IMG/VR virus record: IMGVR_UViG_3300029740_000238
Length of the DNA stretch: 64,000 nucleotides
Direction: 5' to 3' (one strand)
From: a virus
Lineage: Duplodnaviria; Heunggongvirae; Uroviricota; Caudoviricetes
This document shows positions 10,441 through 19,542 of this stretch, one piece after another. A program made the translations under genes and the position numbers. The notes below the pieces were generated by a model. The model was not told where the DNA came from. It did not search any database and worked only from the letters and a program-made list of their open reading frames with translations. Within the stretch, counting starts at the first letter, position 1. Each line of letters starts with the position of its first letter.

Positions 10441-10739
10441 TAGCAATTCGAGTATGTCCAACCTGCAAGCGCAAGTTTGAAGCTCGTGTGGGAGAACCCC
10501 AAACTTATTGTGAAGAGTGTCTTGAACTCAAAACCATGAGTGATTCGTCTGTGTGTTCTTGGTTCTTTGATGACGATGACTTCGATGACGATTTCGATAT
10601 CTCAGAAGCTGGAAAAGAAGAAAAGGCGGAGACACAAGAGGGGAAGCAGAGTAGACAAGTATTTGACTTGATTCCGCCGCACAAGGAAAAGACAAGACGC
10701 ATGGACAACGCTTTCTTCCAGGAAGCATTGAAAGGCTGA
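10437..10739 (+). CDS. Small zinc-ribbon protein with an acidic tail
   Basis: CPTC ... CEEC motifs. ATGA start/stop overlap with the upstream gene. Confidence 0.5.
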   Translation: MIAIRVCPTCKRKFEARVGEPQTYCEECLELKTMSDSSVCSWFFDDDDFDDDFDISEAGKEEKAETQEGKQSRQVFDLIPPHKEKTRRMDNAFFQEALKG

Positions 10740-10837
10740 CAGAGGGGTTGATGGAGCTACTTCAACCGCTCGTCTGGCAGGCTGGCAACACTTTGACCGC
10801 TAATCGTGAACTTTCATTTAACAAACCGGCTTCCAAA

Positions 10838-10866
10838 TTGAGAAAAAGTGCAATTTATGGTATAAT
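10838..10866 (+). promoter_or_regulatory. Sigma-A-type promoter
   Basis: TTGAGA, then a 17-nt spacer, then TATAAT, with TGG immediately upstream of the -10. Confidence 0.6.
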
Positions 10867-10970
10867 GCAGATATAGAAAAGAAAAATTGTACATACCTCT
10901 GACCACAAATCATTCAGATGCAATCTAATCAAAGTTTGAGGTTATCTAAATCAAATCGGAAGCATGTCCT

Positions 10971-11639
10971 ATGAAAAGAAAGTTTTTAATTCCATACGCT
11001 GCAGCAACACTGGCAATGGCAGCCGCAATCTGCACTGCCAGAATACCTTCCGTTGCTTTAGCAAGAACCTATGAGGGCTATAATGGAATGAAGCGTAGCT
11101 CGACGGCGGAAGAGACATTCCAGAAAATCAAAGTTCCTGCCTTTGCCTCCATCAAAGAAGTGACGGCGGAGGAAGCACGAAGCGTAGCTGATGGCATTAT
11201 CGTTTTTGCATTTCCTACCTGCCCTTATTGCCGGAACCTGATGCCGGAACTTATTGAGACCGCAAAAGAGGAGGGAAAGACCCTCTACTATTGCCAGATT
11301 GATAACTACCGCGACAAGTATGAATTTGATGAGACTCTGAATGGCCCGGTCATGACCGTGGCTCCCGGAAAAGGATATTATGAGCTTCTTGACTGGCTGA
11401 GCGATTATCTCATCGACTATACTGTGAAAGACGAGAACGGCGAAAGCATCAGTATCGGTGAAAAGAGAATCGGAGCGCCCACCATAATTACAGTCCAGAA
11501 CGGGGTTTCTGTATCCTCCTGGAAGTTGAGCATGGTAGAGAATGCCGAGTTCCCTGACAATGCGTATACTCGTTGGAGCCAGGAAACGCAGGAAATCGTA
11601 TCGGAGTCACTGCATCAATATTTTGCTGAGGAGGCATAA
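10971..11639 (+). CDS. Secreted thioredoxin-fold protein (CPYC active site)
   Basis: N-terminal signal peptide. AFPTCPYCRNL matches a thioredoxin/glutaredoxin CxxC motif. Confidence 0.7.
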   Translation: MKRKFLIPYAAATLAMAAAICTARIPSVALARTYEGYNGMKRSSTAEETFQKIKVPAFASIKEVTAEEARSVADGIIVFAFPTCPYCRNLMPELIETAKEEGKTLYYCQIDNYRDKYEFDETLNGPVMTVAPGKGYYELLDWLSDYLIDYTVKDENGESISIGEKRIGAPTIITVQNGVSVSSWKLSMVENAEFPDNAYTRWSQETQEIVSESLHQYFAEEA

Positions 11640-11642
11640 GTC

Positions 11643-11867
11643 ATGTCGAATATCACTGTTGGTCGAATCTTGCTTCTGGACCTTGTGTTCCTTGTTAATT
11701 CTGCTTTAACTCTTGTTGTTTTCAAGTTCGTTGGTCTTTTGGATGTTATGACTACACCGGCCTTGTTCTTTCATTTTGTTGGTTCTTATATTATCCTGGC
11801 ATATTTCATGTTTTGGATTTATCCGCAGATTCTGGAAGACCGGGAAAACAACGACGACGATAAATAA
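11643..11867 (+). CDS. Small membrane protein
   Basis: 74 aa with two hydrophobic helices. Confidence 0.45.
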   Translation: MSNITVGRILLLDLVFLVNSALTLVVFKFVGLLDVMTTPALFFHFVGSYIILAYFMFWIYPQILEDRENNDDDK

Positions 11868-11877
11868 CCTGGTCGTA

Positions 11878-12073
11878 CCGTAGGTGCTTGAAACCGTAGG
11901 TACTTGCCTAAAGTTGTGCGGGAAGCGTAGCCGCAATAGACTACTCCGAAAGTACCGTAGGCCCGCATACCGTAGGTCATACAATCAAGCGTAGCTGTTT
12001 GTAAAGAAATGAAAGACGGATGACGGAAGCGTAGCCGCTGCCCGGTAACAGGCTGCCGGTTGCGTAGCTGCCA
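11878..12073. repeat. Array of short repeats: 4x ACCGTAGG(T/C) and 4x (A)GCGTAGC
   Basis: The repeats were seen directly in an intergenic region. The same two motif types recur at 55681-55735. Confidence 0.7.
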
Positions 12074-12105
12074 TTCGTCTTTTTTGGTTTAGAGGAGAGA
12101 CGAGA

Positions 12106-12339
12106 ATGGTATATGAGGTAATCAGTCCACGCCCACATGGTTCAGAAACATTCGTGGGATTGCATACAGAATACCCGGAATGCATCGACCCGTTAAGTGT
12201 GCAGGAAGCGATGCTCAGCGGCGGTAACAAAATCACATTCAAGGGCACTGAGAAAGAATATGAGGCGGTCAAGAAAAAGCTGGCAGCCAAAGTCAAGGTG
12301 ACCATCATCAAAGAACAGAAAACGAAGAAAGAAAAATAA
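12106..12339 (+). CDS. Small hypothetical protein
   Basis: 77 aa. RBS AGAGGAGAGA. Confidence 0.5.
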   Translation: MVYEVISPRPHGSETFVGLHTEYPECIDPLSVQEAMLSGGNKITFKGTEKEYEAVKKKLAAKVKVTIIKEQKTKKEK

Positions 12340-12340
12340 T

Positions 12341-13090
12341 ATGGTAAAGACTGATTTCAAGAACACTTATGAAGCATTTATGCATTGCGATAAAAACAAG
12401 CTGGCGAAAGAATTTGCTGCCATGTATTCTGATAACGAGGAACAGGCGGCAGCAGTCAAGGAAGTCGATAGAGCATTTGCAAGAATGGAGACCGTCACGC
12501 CGAAAGCGGTGAACCCGGATGAACAGAGTATCATTGTGGTTTGCAAGGGATTTGGCGATGAGGGGGATGACACTGTCTGCATCGAAGTGGAAAACCTCCG
12601 TAAATGGAGAGAAGAGCACCTGAAAGAATCTGAGCCCATCAGTGATGAGATGCTGACCTTTATGAGCACGGACGAAATCGAGAATGCAGTGATGAAACAG
12701 GACCTTCCCACGAAATATGCTTTTGAGCTCAGTGCTTGGAATGAAATTCTTAGCTGGAAACTGGCACCATCCAGCATCTACATCTATGGCCTTGAATTCT
12801 GCCTGTCCCGTGTGTTATGGGAAATGACCTTCTTTGGTGTAGATGCATCCGGCGTTGAGCTGGAAAAGGAAAAGCTCGATACGAGATTTGAGGAAGCGCA
12901 GAGGGCTTTTGATGAAAACAAGGAACCTCGAATTGGATTCTCGATTGAAGACATTTCCAAGAAACTTCTCGGTGATGACTATACCGAAGACTGGTATCCC
13001 GAAGAAGAGCAGGAGCGCGACCGCCGGAACATGGTTATCTCTTCCTACAAAGACAATAATGAGATGGAACGGCTGCTCATGATGCTTTAA
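12341..13090 (+). CDS. Hypothetical protein
   Basis: 249-aa ORF tightly coupled to the upstream gene. Confidence 0.55.
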   Translation: MVKTDFKNTYEAFMHCDKNKLAKEFAAMYSDNEEQAAAVKEVDRAFARMETVTPKAVNPDEQSIIVVCKGFGDEGDDTVCIEVENLRKWREEHLKESEPISDEMLTFMSTDEIENAVMKQDLPTKYAFELSAWNEILSWKLAPSSIYIYGLEFCLSRVLWEMTFFGVDASGVELEKEKLDTRFEEAQRAFDENKEPRIGFSIEDISKKLLGDDYTEDWYPEEEQERDRRNMVISSYKDNNEMERLLMML

Positions 13091-13115
13091 GAGAAAACGA
13101 GAAGGGGAGATGAGG

Positions 13116-13955
13116 ATGAGCGAAATCTTCGTGGCGGGAGATATCCATGGAAACTATCAAGGATTGATGGAATCTCTCAATGCAGCAGGCTGGCAGGAAG
13201 GCGATACCATCATCTGCGTGGGAGATGTCACCGACCGTGGAAAAGATAATGCCAGAACGGTGTCTTTTCTGCAAGAGCATGAATGTGATGTGAGATTGGT
13301 TCAGGGCAACCATGAGCTTCAACACAGGAAGATGCTTCAGTACTATCATGTGTTAATCAAAGTCCCCCAAATTCGGTTGTTTGCGGCAGGAATATTCAGA
13401 ACATACAAGGAAGGATATACTTATCCCAAAACAAAAGAAGAACTCAAAGAGTATGAGTGCAGTGCTGATAAACGAATCGAAATTATTCGGGGGAAGCCAA
13501 AGACTTTCTATGCATTCGTTCGTGCCTTTATCACCTATACGATAGCATGGGAAGACGATAGCCTTTGGAAGATTATTCTGTACTTGCTGGAAGTGATGTG
13601 CGGCAATCCCTATGATGCCGAAAGAACTATATACGAGTATCTCTCCTGTACAAGGAAACAAAGAGCAGCGTTTGAATGGCTTTGGAATCAGACGGTTACG
13701 GAGGTTAATATAGATTATACAGAGCCATATAGATATCAGCATATAGTGATTACGCATAACAATCCTTTTGGAAGATATTACAGTTACGACCTGGATGAGT
13801 TACGACTTGGACACGATAAGACGCTCTATATCTTTGGACACATCCCGCATTCCGAAATTGTGAGATTCGACAGGGATTGTTCCGGATGCACTTATCTGGA
13901 CATTGACACATCTCCGAACTCGGTTGGCGTCATTAAGCTGAGCGATTATCTCTAA
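13116..13955 (+). CDS. Calcineurin-like metallophosphoesterase (Ser/Thr phosphatase fold)
   Basis: GDIHGN, GDVTDRG and GNHE motifs. RBS GGGGAG. Confidence 0.8.
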   Translation: MSEIFVAGDIHGNYQGLMESLNAAGWQEGDTIICVGDVTDRGKDNARTVSFLQEHECDVRLVQGNHELQHRKMLQYYHVLIKVPQIRLFAAGIFRTYKEGYTYPKTKEELKEYECSADKRIEIIRGKPKTFYAFVRAFITYTIAWEDDSLWKIILYLLEVMCGNPYDAERTIYEYLSCTRKQRAAFEWLWNQTVTEVNIDYTEPYRYQHIVITHNNPFGRYYSYDLDELRLGHDKTLYIFGHIPHSEIVRFDRDCSGCTYLDIDTSPNSVGVIKLSDYL

Positions 13956-13961
13956 GAAAGC

Positions 13962-14007
13962 ATAAGCACCATAGGGGCACAGAGCCTCTGTGGTGCTTTT
14001 TCTTTTT
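13962..14007 (+). terminator. Rho-independent terminator
   Basis: GC-rich palindrome (CACAGAGCCTCTGTG within AAGCACCA..TGGTGCTT) followed by TTTTTCTTTTTG. Confidence 0.65.
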
Positions 14008-14147
14008 GCATGGGTAAAGTTTCCTTGCTCATACGAAAACGATGCGCAGGTAAGGGCTTTCTGACGGCTGTGAGGAGGTAGAGCAATCAGTTCAAAGTCT
14101 GGTTTCATAATGTTCATCAGAACGGATGGCCTGGTCAAAACGAATCT

Positions 14148-14675
14148 ATGCCAAGGCATACCGATTTCTCAGCAGAGCGCAGTCGTCCCAATAAGATAGG
14201 TTCAGAACGTCTGCAGGGCCTTGTGACAACTGCCAGCTTGTCTTTTTGGCTACCCGGTTGTCTCAGCAAACTCTCCTGTAACCAAAACCAGAGACTTGGC
14301 TATTCGGCTTTGATAAAAGCAGTTCACAAAGCGGACTTCCCATTGTATAATAGTGACATACATTTGAGTTTCGCAGGACTGATATCAGGTGGAGCAGATG
14401 GGCAAGAATCGGATGAGCCGCAGGGAAGCGTGAGCAAGGAAAATCACAACGACCACAAATATAATCTTGGCAGAACGGAAAATGCCAAGCTATGGACCGA
14501 CTCGTACTCTGCAAAACTGTTTTCACCTGAATCTGAGATTCTAGTGGATGACAGGGCTTTTGAGAAAGTCGAGGCAGGGGAATATGTGTTTTGCGAGCGA
14601 GTAGACCCAGGAAAATATCAGGATAGAATCGAGAAAGTCCTTGTGTATTTCTGGAGCCGGAAATATCCTTCCTGA
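14148..14675 (+). CDS. Doubtful ORF; only the 3' part, if any, is likely coding
   Basis: No RBS at its ATG. A strong promoter lies inside it. An 11-codon ORF with RBS AGGTGGAG starts at about 14393. Confidence 0.2.
   Translation: MPRHTDFSAERSRPNKIGSERLQGLVTTASLSFWLPGCLSKLSCNQNQRLGYSALIKAVHKADFPLYNSDIHLSFAGLISGGADGQESDEPQGSVSKENHNDHKYNLGRTENAKLWTDSYSAKLFSPESEILVDDRAFEKVEAGEYVFCERVDPGKYQDRIEKVLVYFWSRKYPS
14323..14351 (+). promoter_or_regulatory. Sigma-A-type promoter inside the 14148 ORF
   Basis: TTCACA, then 17 nt, then TATAAT with TG adjacent. Confidence 0.5.
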
Positions 14676-14704
14676 AGCCAATAAATTATTGCGGAGGAAC
14701 CTTA

Positions 14705-15850
14705 ATGGGAACATACATCACGCATGAGGGCTTGCCGTTCCATGGCGCTCTCGAGAAAATCAGAATCAGGTCCTGCCGAGTGGCCGACCTATCTTTGCCA
14801 GGGTTCGATGAAAAGCAGCTTCTCGAAATCACACGGGATGGAACAGCGAAGCTCACGCAAAAGACGCCAGAGGGAACGAAAAAGGCTAAAACCCGTATTT
14901 CACAAGCCGATACTGACTACATCTTTGCTGCATTCTCCGAAACATTCGCGAACTATCGCAGGAAACGCATCCCGTCAGTTAGTGGACATTGGCGTGTCCG
15001 GCTTCTAACGGATGACGATGAAGTATACTTCTACCACGGGGCGAATGGCCAGGACTACCGCTATCACGACGAGTCTCTCACGGATATCCTTCGGCAAAGA
15101 ACCGGAATGCCAGAGCTGTTCGGTCTTTGTGTTAAGGCCGAAACGAAGAACAAGGTGAAATCCATCGAAATCAGCCTGGAACAGACTGCGGCAGATGAGG
15201 TAAAAGACCAATATGTAAATGAGTACGGAATTTGTATACATGATACAAATGAATGGTTGCTCGTTAGTTCAGAGGGCACGATAACTTATAATCGCCGTAT
15301 TGCGCGTGTGGGAAGAGTCTCCTTGCAGTACGAACTCAAAGACAAGGTGGCGGAGTTCCTCAAGGTATATGATGACCAGAGCGTGTTTTCCCACCCAAAA
15401 GGACACTCACCAGATACTGTACAGGATGAGGTTCGAAAGACCTATAGAATAGTCGTGACTCGTGACAGTGGAGACACTTCCGTTCTGGAAGGCTCATTCG
15501 ACAAGGACGGTCTGCCCGATAACTGGCCGGACTTTGTTGGCAGGCTGACAGACTTCTTCCAGGGCCAGAGCCTCGGGATGTTGTTCGACTCTCGCGTGTA
15601 TAGCAAAGTATTGAGGAAGTGCAATGAAGTGGCTTTTTGTGGTGTCGATATCGATGGCGTGGTGAGAACACGCTATTACCGCTGTGGGGACGAAATCTGC
15701 GAGGGAGATACGGTCGTGGTTCCAACACCGATGAAACACACAACGGCCATTGGACGGGTTGTTGAGATTCGGAATCATCCCAAAGACCAGATTCCGAAAG
15801 ACATGGCGCGGGTACAAGAAATTCTTGGTCTTGCCAAAGAAACAGAATAG
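14705..15850 (+). CDS. Hypothetical protein
   Basis: 381 aa. RBS GCGGAGGAA. Confidence 0.55.
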   Translation: MGTYITHEGLPFHGALEKIRIRSCRVADLSLPGFDEKQLLEITRDGTAKLTQKTPEGTKKAKTRISQADTDYIFAAFSETFANYRRKRIPSVSGHWRVRLLTDDDEVYFYHGANGQDYRYHDESLTDILRQRTGMPELFGLCVKAETKNKVKSIEISLEQTAADEVKDQYVNEYGICIHDTNEWLLVSSEGTITYNRRIARVGRVSLQYELKDKVAEFLKVYDDQSVFSHPKGHSPDTVQDEVRKTYRIVVTRDSGDTSVLEGSFDKDGLPDNWPDFVGRLTDFFQGQSLGMLFDSRVYSKVLRKCNEVAFCGVDIDGVVRTRYYRCGDEICEGDTVVVPTPMKHTTAIGRVVEIRNHPKDQIPKDMARVQEILGLAKETE

Positions 15851-15861
15851 GGAAAAGAAAA

Positions 15862-15895
15862 AAGAGGGGCTTAGAACAGCTCCTCTTTTCTTGTT
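15862..15895. terminator. Bidirectional terminator between convergent genes
   Basis: AAGAGGGGC ... GCTCCTCTT hairpin with T-rich flanks on both strands. Confidence 0.55.
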
Positions 15896-15898
15896 GCT

Positions 15899-16288
15899 TT
15901 ATTCGCCCAGAGCCTCTCCGAGCGAGAGGACCGCATTACGGACACATTCTGGGCAGGGACACAGAACCTTGCCGGTCTCAATGCCTTTCAGGTCCTTGCA
16001 GATGGTAGCACCGCATTTGCGCTCGAAATTCTGTACAAGCTCTTTGGAAATACGGGGCGTGCCTTTGCCATCCGTGAGAATACCTGCCACCATGACAGCG
16101 CCAATCAGGGCCCCGCAAGTGCTTTCCATACACCCCATACCGGCAGCATATCCCGCCGTCAGCTTCATCAGTGTTTCATCATCGATAGGTAGTTTGTCCT
16201 CAAACACCTTGACCACAGACTGTGTGCAGTTGCACTTTCCGGTCGCTTTCAGTTCAGCAGCAGCCGCTGCGCGTTCTTCGATACTCAT
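15899..16288 (-). CDS. C_GCAxxG_C_C-family redox-like protein
   Basis: The CGALIGAVM core and four conserved Cys residues are typical of the C_GCAxxG_C_C family. Confidence 0.7.
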   Translation of the reverse strand: MSIEERAAAAAELKATGKCNCTQSVVKVFEDKLPIDDETLMKLTAGYAAGMGCMESTCGALIGAVMVAGILTDGKGTPRISKELVQNFERKCGATICKDLKGIETGKVLCPCPECVRNAVLSLGEALGE

Positions 16289-16398
16289 ATTTCACACTCC
16301 TTTTTTCCAGTATACCACAAGATAGGCTCAAGCAAAAAGAAAGGAGCCACCCGAAGGCGACTCCAATGGTTTGAATTTCAGTCTGCGTCGTGAAAGCA

Positions 16399-17435
16399 TC
16401 AGGCGGCAGACGGGGTATCCGTTGCTGCATCAAAGAGCAGCGTGCCCTCGCCGTTGTAGCTTGCATCATTCAGAGCAGCGTAGGTGTAGTCAATGAAGTA
16501 GCCATCATCACCGTTATAGGCGGACTTCATGGAGATGAGATTGCCGTTGTCATCATAGGTGTTCTCGAAGGTCTGTTCGAAGTTGCCCATCGTAGCATCT
16601 TTGCCCTGCTGTTTGGTCATATTGCCATGCTCATCGTATTCGGTCGAGACCTCACTGCCCTGACCAAAATAATAAGTGGTCTTGTTGTCGCTCGCGCGCT
16701 TGTGATACACAATGTCATCTGCACCATCTTCGCTGACAGTTTCGATGTACAGGCCATCGACATCCATGGTATCGAAATCGCGGGTCGTGGTCTGGACACC
16801 GCTATCATTCGTGATAACTTCCGTGACGGGCAGCTCATGGGTATCATCATAGGTATAGGCGGTGGAGTAGTTCAGATACTGCTCACCATCACTTACGGTG
16901 TAGGACTCTTCGCTCAGTTTCCGGCCGTTGTCATCATAGGTGTACTGGCACACGATGGAAGGATTGCCATCCTCATCATCGCGTTCAATCATGTCCCCGT
17001 GGTCGTTGAAAACCTGAGTGTACAGATAGTTTTGCTCGCCATTGAGGCAGGAGGCCATTTTCAGGACATTGCCGTTCTCGTCCAGCTCTTTGATAATAAC
17101 GGTGTCCATATCACTTGCTTTGTCGATTTCACGCATGAAAACCTCATTGCCGTTCTCATCGTACTTATGGACGGTAACAACGCCATCTTCATCATCAGCA
17201 CTGTAGTGCATCGTCTCGGTGCTCAACAGCAGGTCCTCTGCAGCAGCTTCGTCTACATCAGTAACCTCGGAAGGCGCTTCCTCCGGCGTAGTCTCCTCAA
17301 CCACAGAACTTTCAGCCGGGGCGGTAGAAGCTGCTTCGGAAGAGAAAGCGGCGGCTTCTGAGTAGCGCATCCGGCAAGCATCAGGGCTGCAGCGGTTGCC
17401 ACAGCAGCGGCAGCGGTCAGGTTTTTGTTTCTCAT
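16399..17435 (-). CDS. Putative surface lipoprotein with D/N/G/Y-rich repeats; the signal peptide and the mature part are in different frames (apparent frameshift near 17340-17370)
   Basis: The ATG at 17435 (RBS AGGAGA) encodes MRNKNLTAAAAVATAAALMLAGC in one frame. The 324-aa body (SEAAAFSSEAAS...) is in another frame. Confidence 0.5.
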
Positions 17436-17561
17436 GTTCTTTCGTTCTCCTTCGTTTGGATAGTTTTTGCACAAATACTTCAATGTTGTATTTGTTGTAC
17501 AACTCCTATTGTATCTGGCTCGCATATCCCGGCAAGCAAACAAGGATTACAAAATAGTAAT

Positions 17562-17599
17562 TACAAGCCGTCTGCCTTCGGGTGGGCGGCTTTTTTCTT
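17562..17599 (+). terminator. Terminator-like hairpin with a UUCG loop and a T-run (GGGTGGGCGGCTTTTTTCTTTTG family)
   Basis: 12-bp stem AAGCCGTCTGCC / GGTGGGCGGCTT. Confidence 0.55.
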
Positions 17600-17620
17600 T
17601 TGAAAAAATGTTTGACGAAA

Positions 17621-17657
17621 CTTGCGAACGGCATACAATAAGTGTTGTACGACAGAT
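17621..17657 (+). promoter_or_regulatory. Recurrent promoter-like motif (TTGCGAACGGCATACAAT) plus a downstream inverted partner TTGTACGACAGATA
   Basis: A member of the GTGCGAAT..TACAAT family. Confidence 0.45.
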
Positions 17658-17697
17658 AATAAACCGACATCAACCATTCATAATCTGACAAATTCAG

Positions 17698-17731
17698 ACA
17701 GGCACCAATCGGGTGACCTGTCTTTTTTGTT
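17698..17731 (+). terminator. Leader hairpin plus T-run between the promoter-like motif and the 17769 gene
   Basis: GACAGG ... CCTGTC stem followed by TTTTTTG. Confidence 0.45.
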
Positions 17732-17768
17732 GCAAGACCGCGTAATGCGGAGAAAGTCGAGAAAAGCT

Positions 17769-18119
17769 ATGAACACCATTATGAACACCGCCGAATTCAT
17801 CCGCGTTACCGACCTCCTGAAGAAGGAGAAAATTGCCAAAAATAGCGTCAACATATTTGCCGCTATGATGGCGATGCGCGAGAACCGCCCCGAAGCAATC
17901 TGCGCAGATGGCTTTAAGATGTCTATCCAGGCATCCGAAGACCACTACTGCCAGAAGGACGACGAGGGGAGCTACGTGAGCGTAGAAGTCGGGTTCCCGT
18001 CTCCGTCCGAGCCATTGCTCGACGAATATGGTGATGACGGAGTGTACGGCTATGTGCCGCTCACTGTTGTCGATGCCATCATCGCCAAGCACGGTGGAAT
18101 CCTGCTCGATGAGCAGTAA
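17769..18119 (+). CDS. Small hypothetical protein
   Basis: 116 aa. Its N-terminus (MNTIMNTAEF) resembles the N-termini of the two downstream paralogs. Confidence 0.5.
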   Translation: MNTIMNTAEFIRVTDLLKKEKIAKNSVNIFAAMMAMRENRPEAICADGFKMSIQASEDHYCQKDDEGSYVSVEVGFPSPSEPLLDEYGDDGVYGYVPLTVVDAIIAKHGGILLDEQ

Positions 18120-18252
18120 GCCACTCTATCCAATTCCAGCATGACATTCGGCTGCACGCCGTATGCTCATATATGAAGCAGTTATCGTAAAAATGATAGC
18201 TGCTATTTTTATTTTACAAGCCTCGAAAATACGAGGAGAAAGAGAGTTTGCT

Positions 18253-19413
18253 ATGAAAACCGCTATGAACACCAACATCAACACCAACACTACCAATTCC
18301 AAGAAAGTTATCCCCGGCATCAATGACGTGGCTACCAAATGCCCTAAGGTCGCTGCCATGTGGAGTGACAAGAACACCTTCTCTCCCAGTAAAGTGGCTG
18401 CGGGAAGCAGAAGAAAGTTCACATTTGTTTGCCCAGACTGTGGGCAGGAATTTGAAAGCAAAATCTTTAGTGTTGTTCGTTCGGTAATGAACGGTAACAC
18501 TGGTTGCCCTGTTTGTGCAGGTAAAAAGATTGTTTCCGGCATCAATGATGTGGCTACTAAGTGCCCTATGGCCGCTGCCATGTGGAGTGACAAGAACGCT
18601 TTCACTCCCAGTGAAGCACCTGCAGGAAGCCACAAAAAAGCCATTTTTGTGTGTCCTGATTGCGGACAAGAGTTTGAGTCTTCCATTTGCAATGTCGTCA
18701 ACTCTTTGATGCATTACCGCACCGGTTGTCCCGTTTGTCGTGGCTTGAAAGTGGTTTCCGGAATCAACGACTTGGCTACTAAGTGCCCTGCAGCAGCCAA
18801 CATGTGGGGCAGCAAAAACGCTTGCTCTCCAAATGAGGTATCTGCAGGCAACAACAAAATGGCATGGTTTGTCTGCCCCGACTGCAAACAGGAGTTTAAG
18901 GCTCCCGTTTGCAACGTCGTCAATTCTTTGTTGCATGACAATACCGGTTGCCCTGTTTGTGCAGGTCGCAAAGCTGTTTCCGGCGTCAACGATTTGGCGA
19001 CCATGTATCCAAAAGCCGCTGCTATGTGGAGCGGCAAGAACGATTACGCCCCCAGCAAAATTCCTGCTCGGTCGTCCAGACGCGCAATTTTTGTGTGCCC
19101 CGATTGCAAACAAGAGTTTGTGACAAGCATCCACAACATGACGCGGGCTATTGCATCCGGTGTTACTTGCTGCCCCAATTGCAGAATGCGAGGACATACT
19201 ATCGGTGCGATTTACAAGGATGAGTATGGTTCGCCGAAATCTGTTGGCACTACGATGACGATGAAGGACGGCAGCAAAGCCACCTGCACCGCTTATCATG
19301 GTGTCAACAACATCACCGTCGAGTTCGAAGACGGGTTCGTTCTGTACCATGCTCGCTGGAATCAGTTTATCCGTGGCGCTCTTCACCACGGTCAGAAAAC
19401 CACTGAAGAATAA
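18253..19413 (+). CDS. Protein with four tandem ~70-aa zinc-ribbon repeats (GINDxATKCP ... W ... KN ... CPDC ... GCPVC)
   Basis: Internal repeats were seen directly. RBS GAGGAGAAAG. Paralogous to the next gene. Confidence 0.7.
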   Translation: MKTAMNTNINTNTTNSKKVIPGINDVATKCPKVAAMWSDKNTFSPSKVAAGSRRKFTFVCPDCGQEFESKIFSVVRSVMNGNTGCPVCAGKKIVSGINDVATKCPMAAAMWSDKNAFTPSEAPAGSHKKAIFVCPDCGQEFESSICNVVNSLMHYRTGCPVCRGLKVVSGINDLATKCPAAANMWGSKNACSPNEVSAGNNKMAWFVCPDCKQEFKAPVCNVVNSLLHDNTGCPVCAGRKAVSGVNDLATMYPKAAAMWSGKNDYAPSKIPARSSRRAIFVCPDCKQEFVTSIHNMTRAIASGVTCCPNCRMRGHTIGAIYKDEYGSPKSVGTTMTMKDGSKATCTAYHGVNNITVEFEDGFVLYHARWNQFIRGALHHGQKTTEE

Positions 19414-19542
19414 TAAAAAGCCATCTGATACGAAGTTGGCTTGTGAATGTGAATGTAGCAGCTATCATCTTCCTCCAGTAGGGGGATGGTCGCTGCTTTT
19501 TTATTACAAGCCTCGAATGTTACGAGGAGAAAGAGAAAAATT

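Noticed and set aside
16390-17361. 323-aa plus-strand ORF overlapping the lipoprotein gene.
   Set aside because: It is antisense to a repeat-rich gene, has no RBS, and the lipoprotein reading on the minus strand has a clear signal peptide.
17436-17502. Upstream extension of the lipoprotein body ORF to 17502 (MYNKYNIEVF...).
   Set aside because: It has no RBS and reads through the promoter region. The RBS-supported ATG at 17435 encodes a lipobox signal peptide instead.
17621-17638. Interpretation of the recurrent motif as a sigma-54 (-24/-12) or sigma-H promoter.
   Set aside because: The motif has TTGCA but lacks the GG of a -24 element at the right spacing. The GAAT of a sigma-H -10 is present, but no AGGA-type -35 lies 11-12 nt upstream in the copies examined.
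18214-19389. 391-aa minus-strand ORF.
   Set aside because: It is antisense to the zinc-ribbon-repeat gene, whose repeat structure is only coherent on the plus strand.
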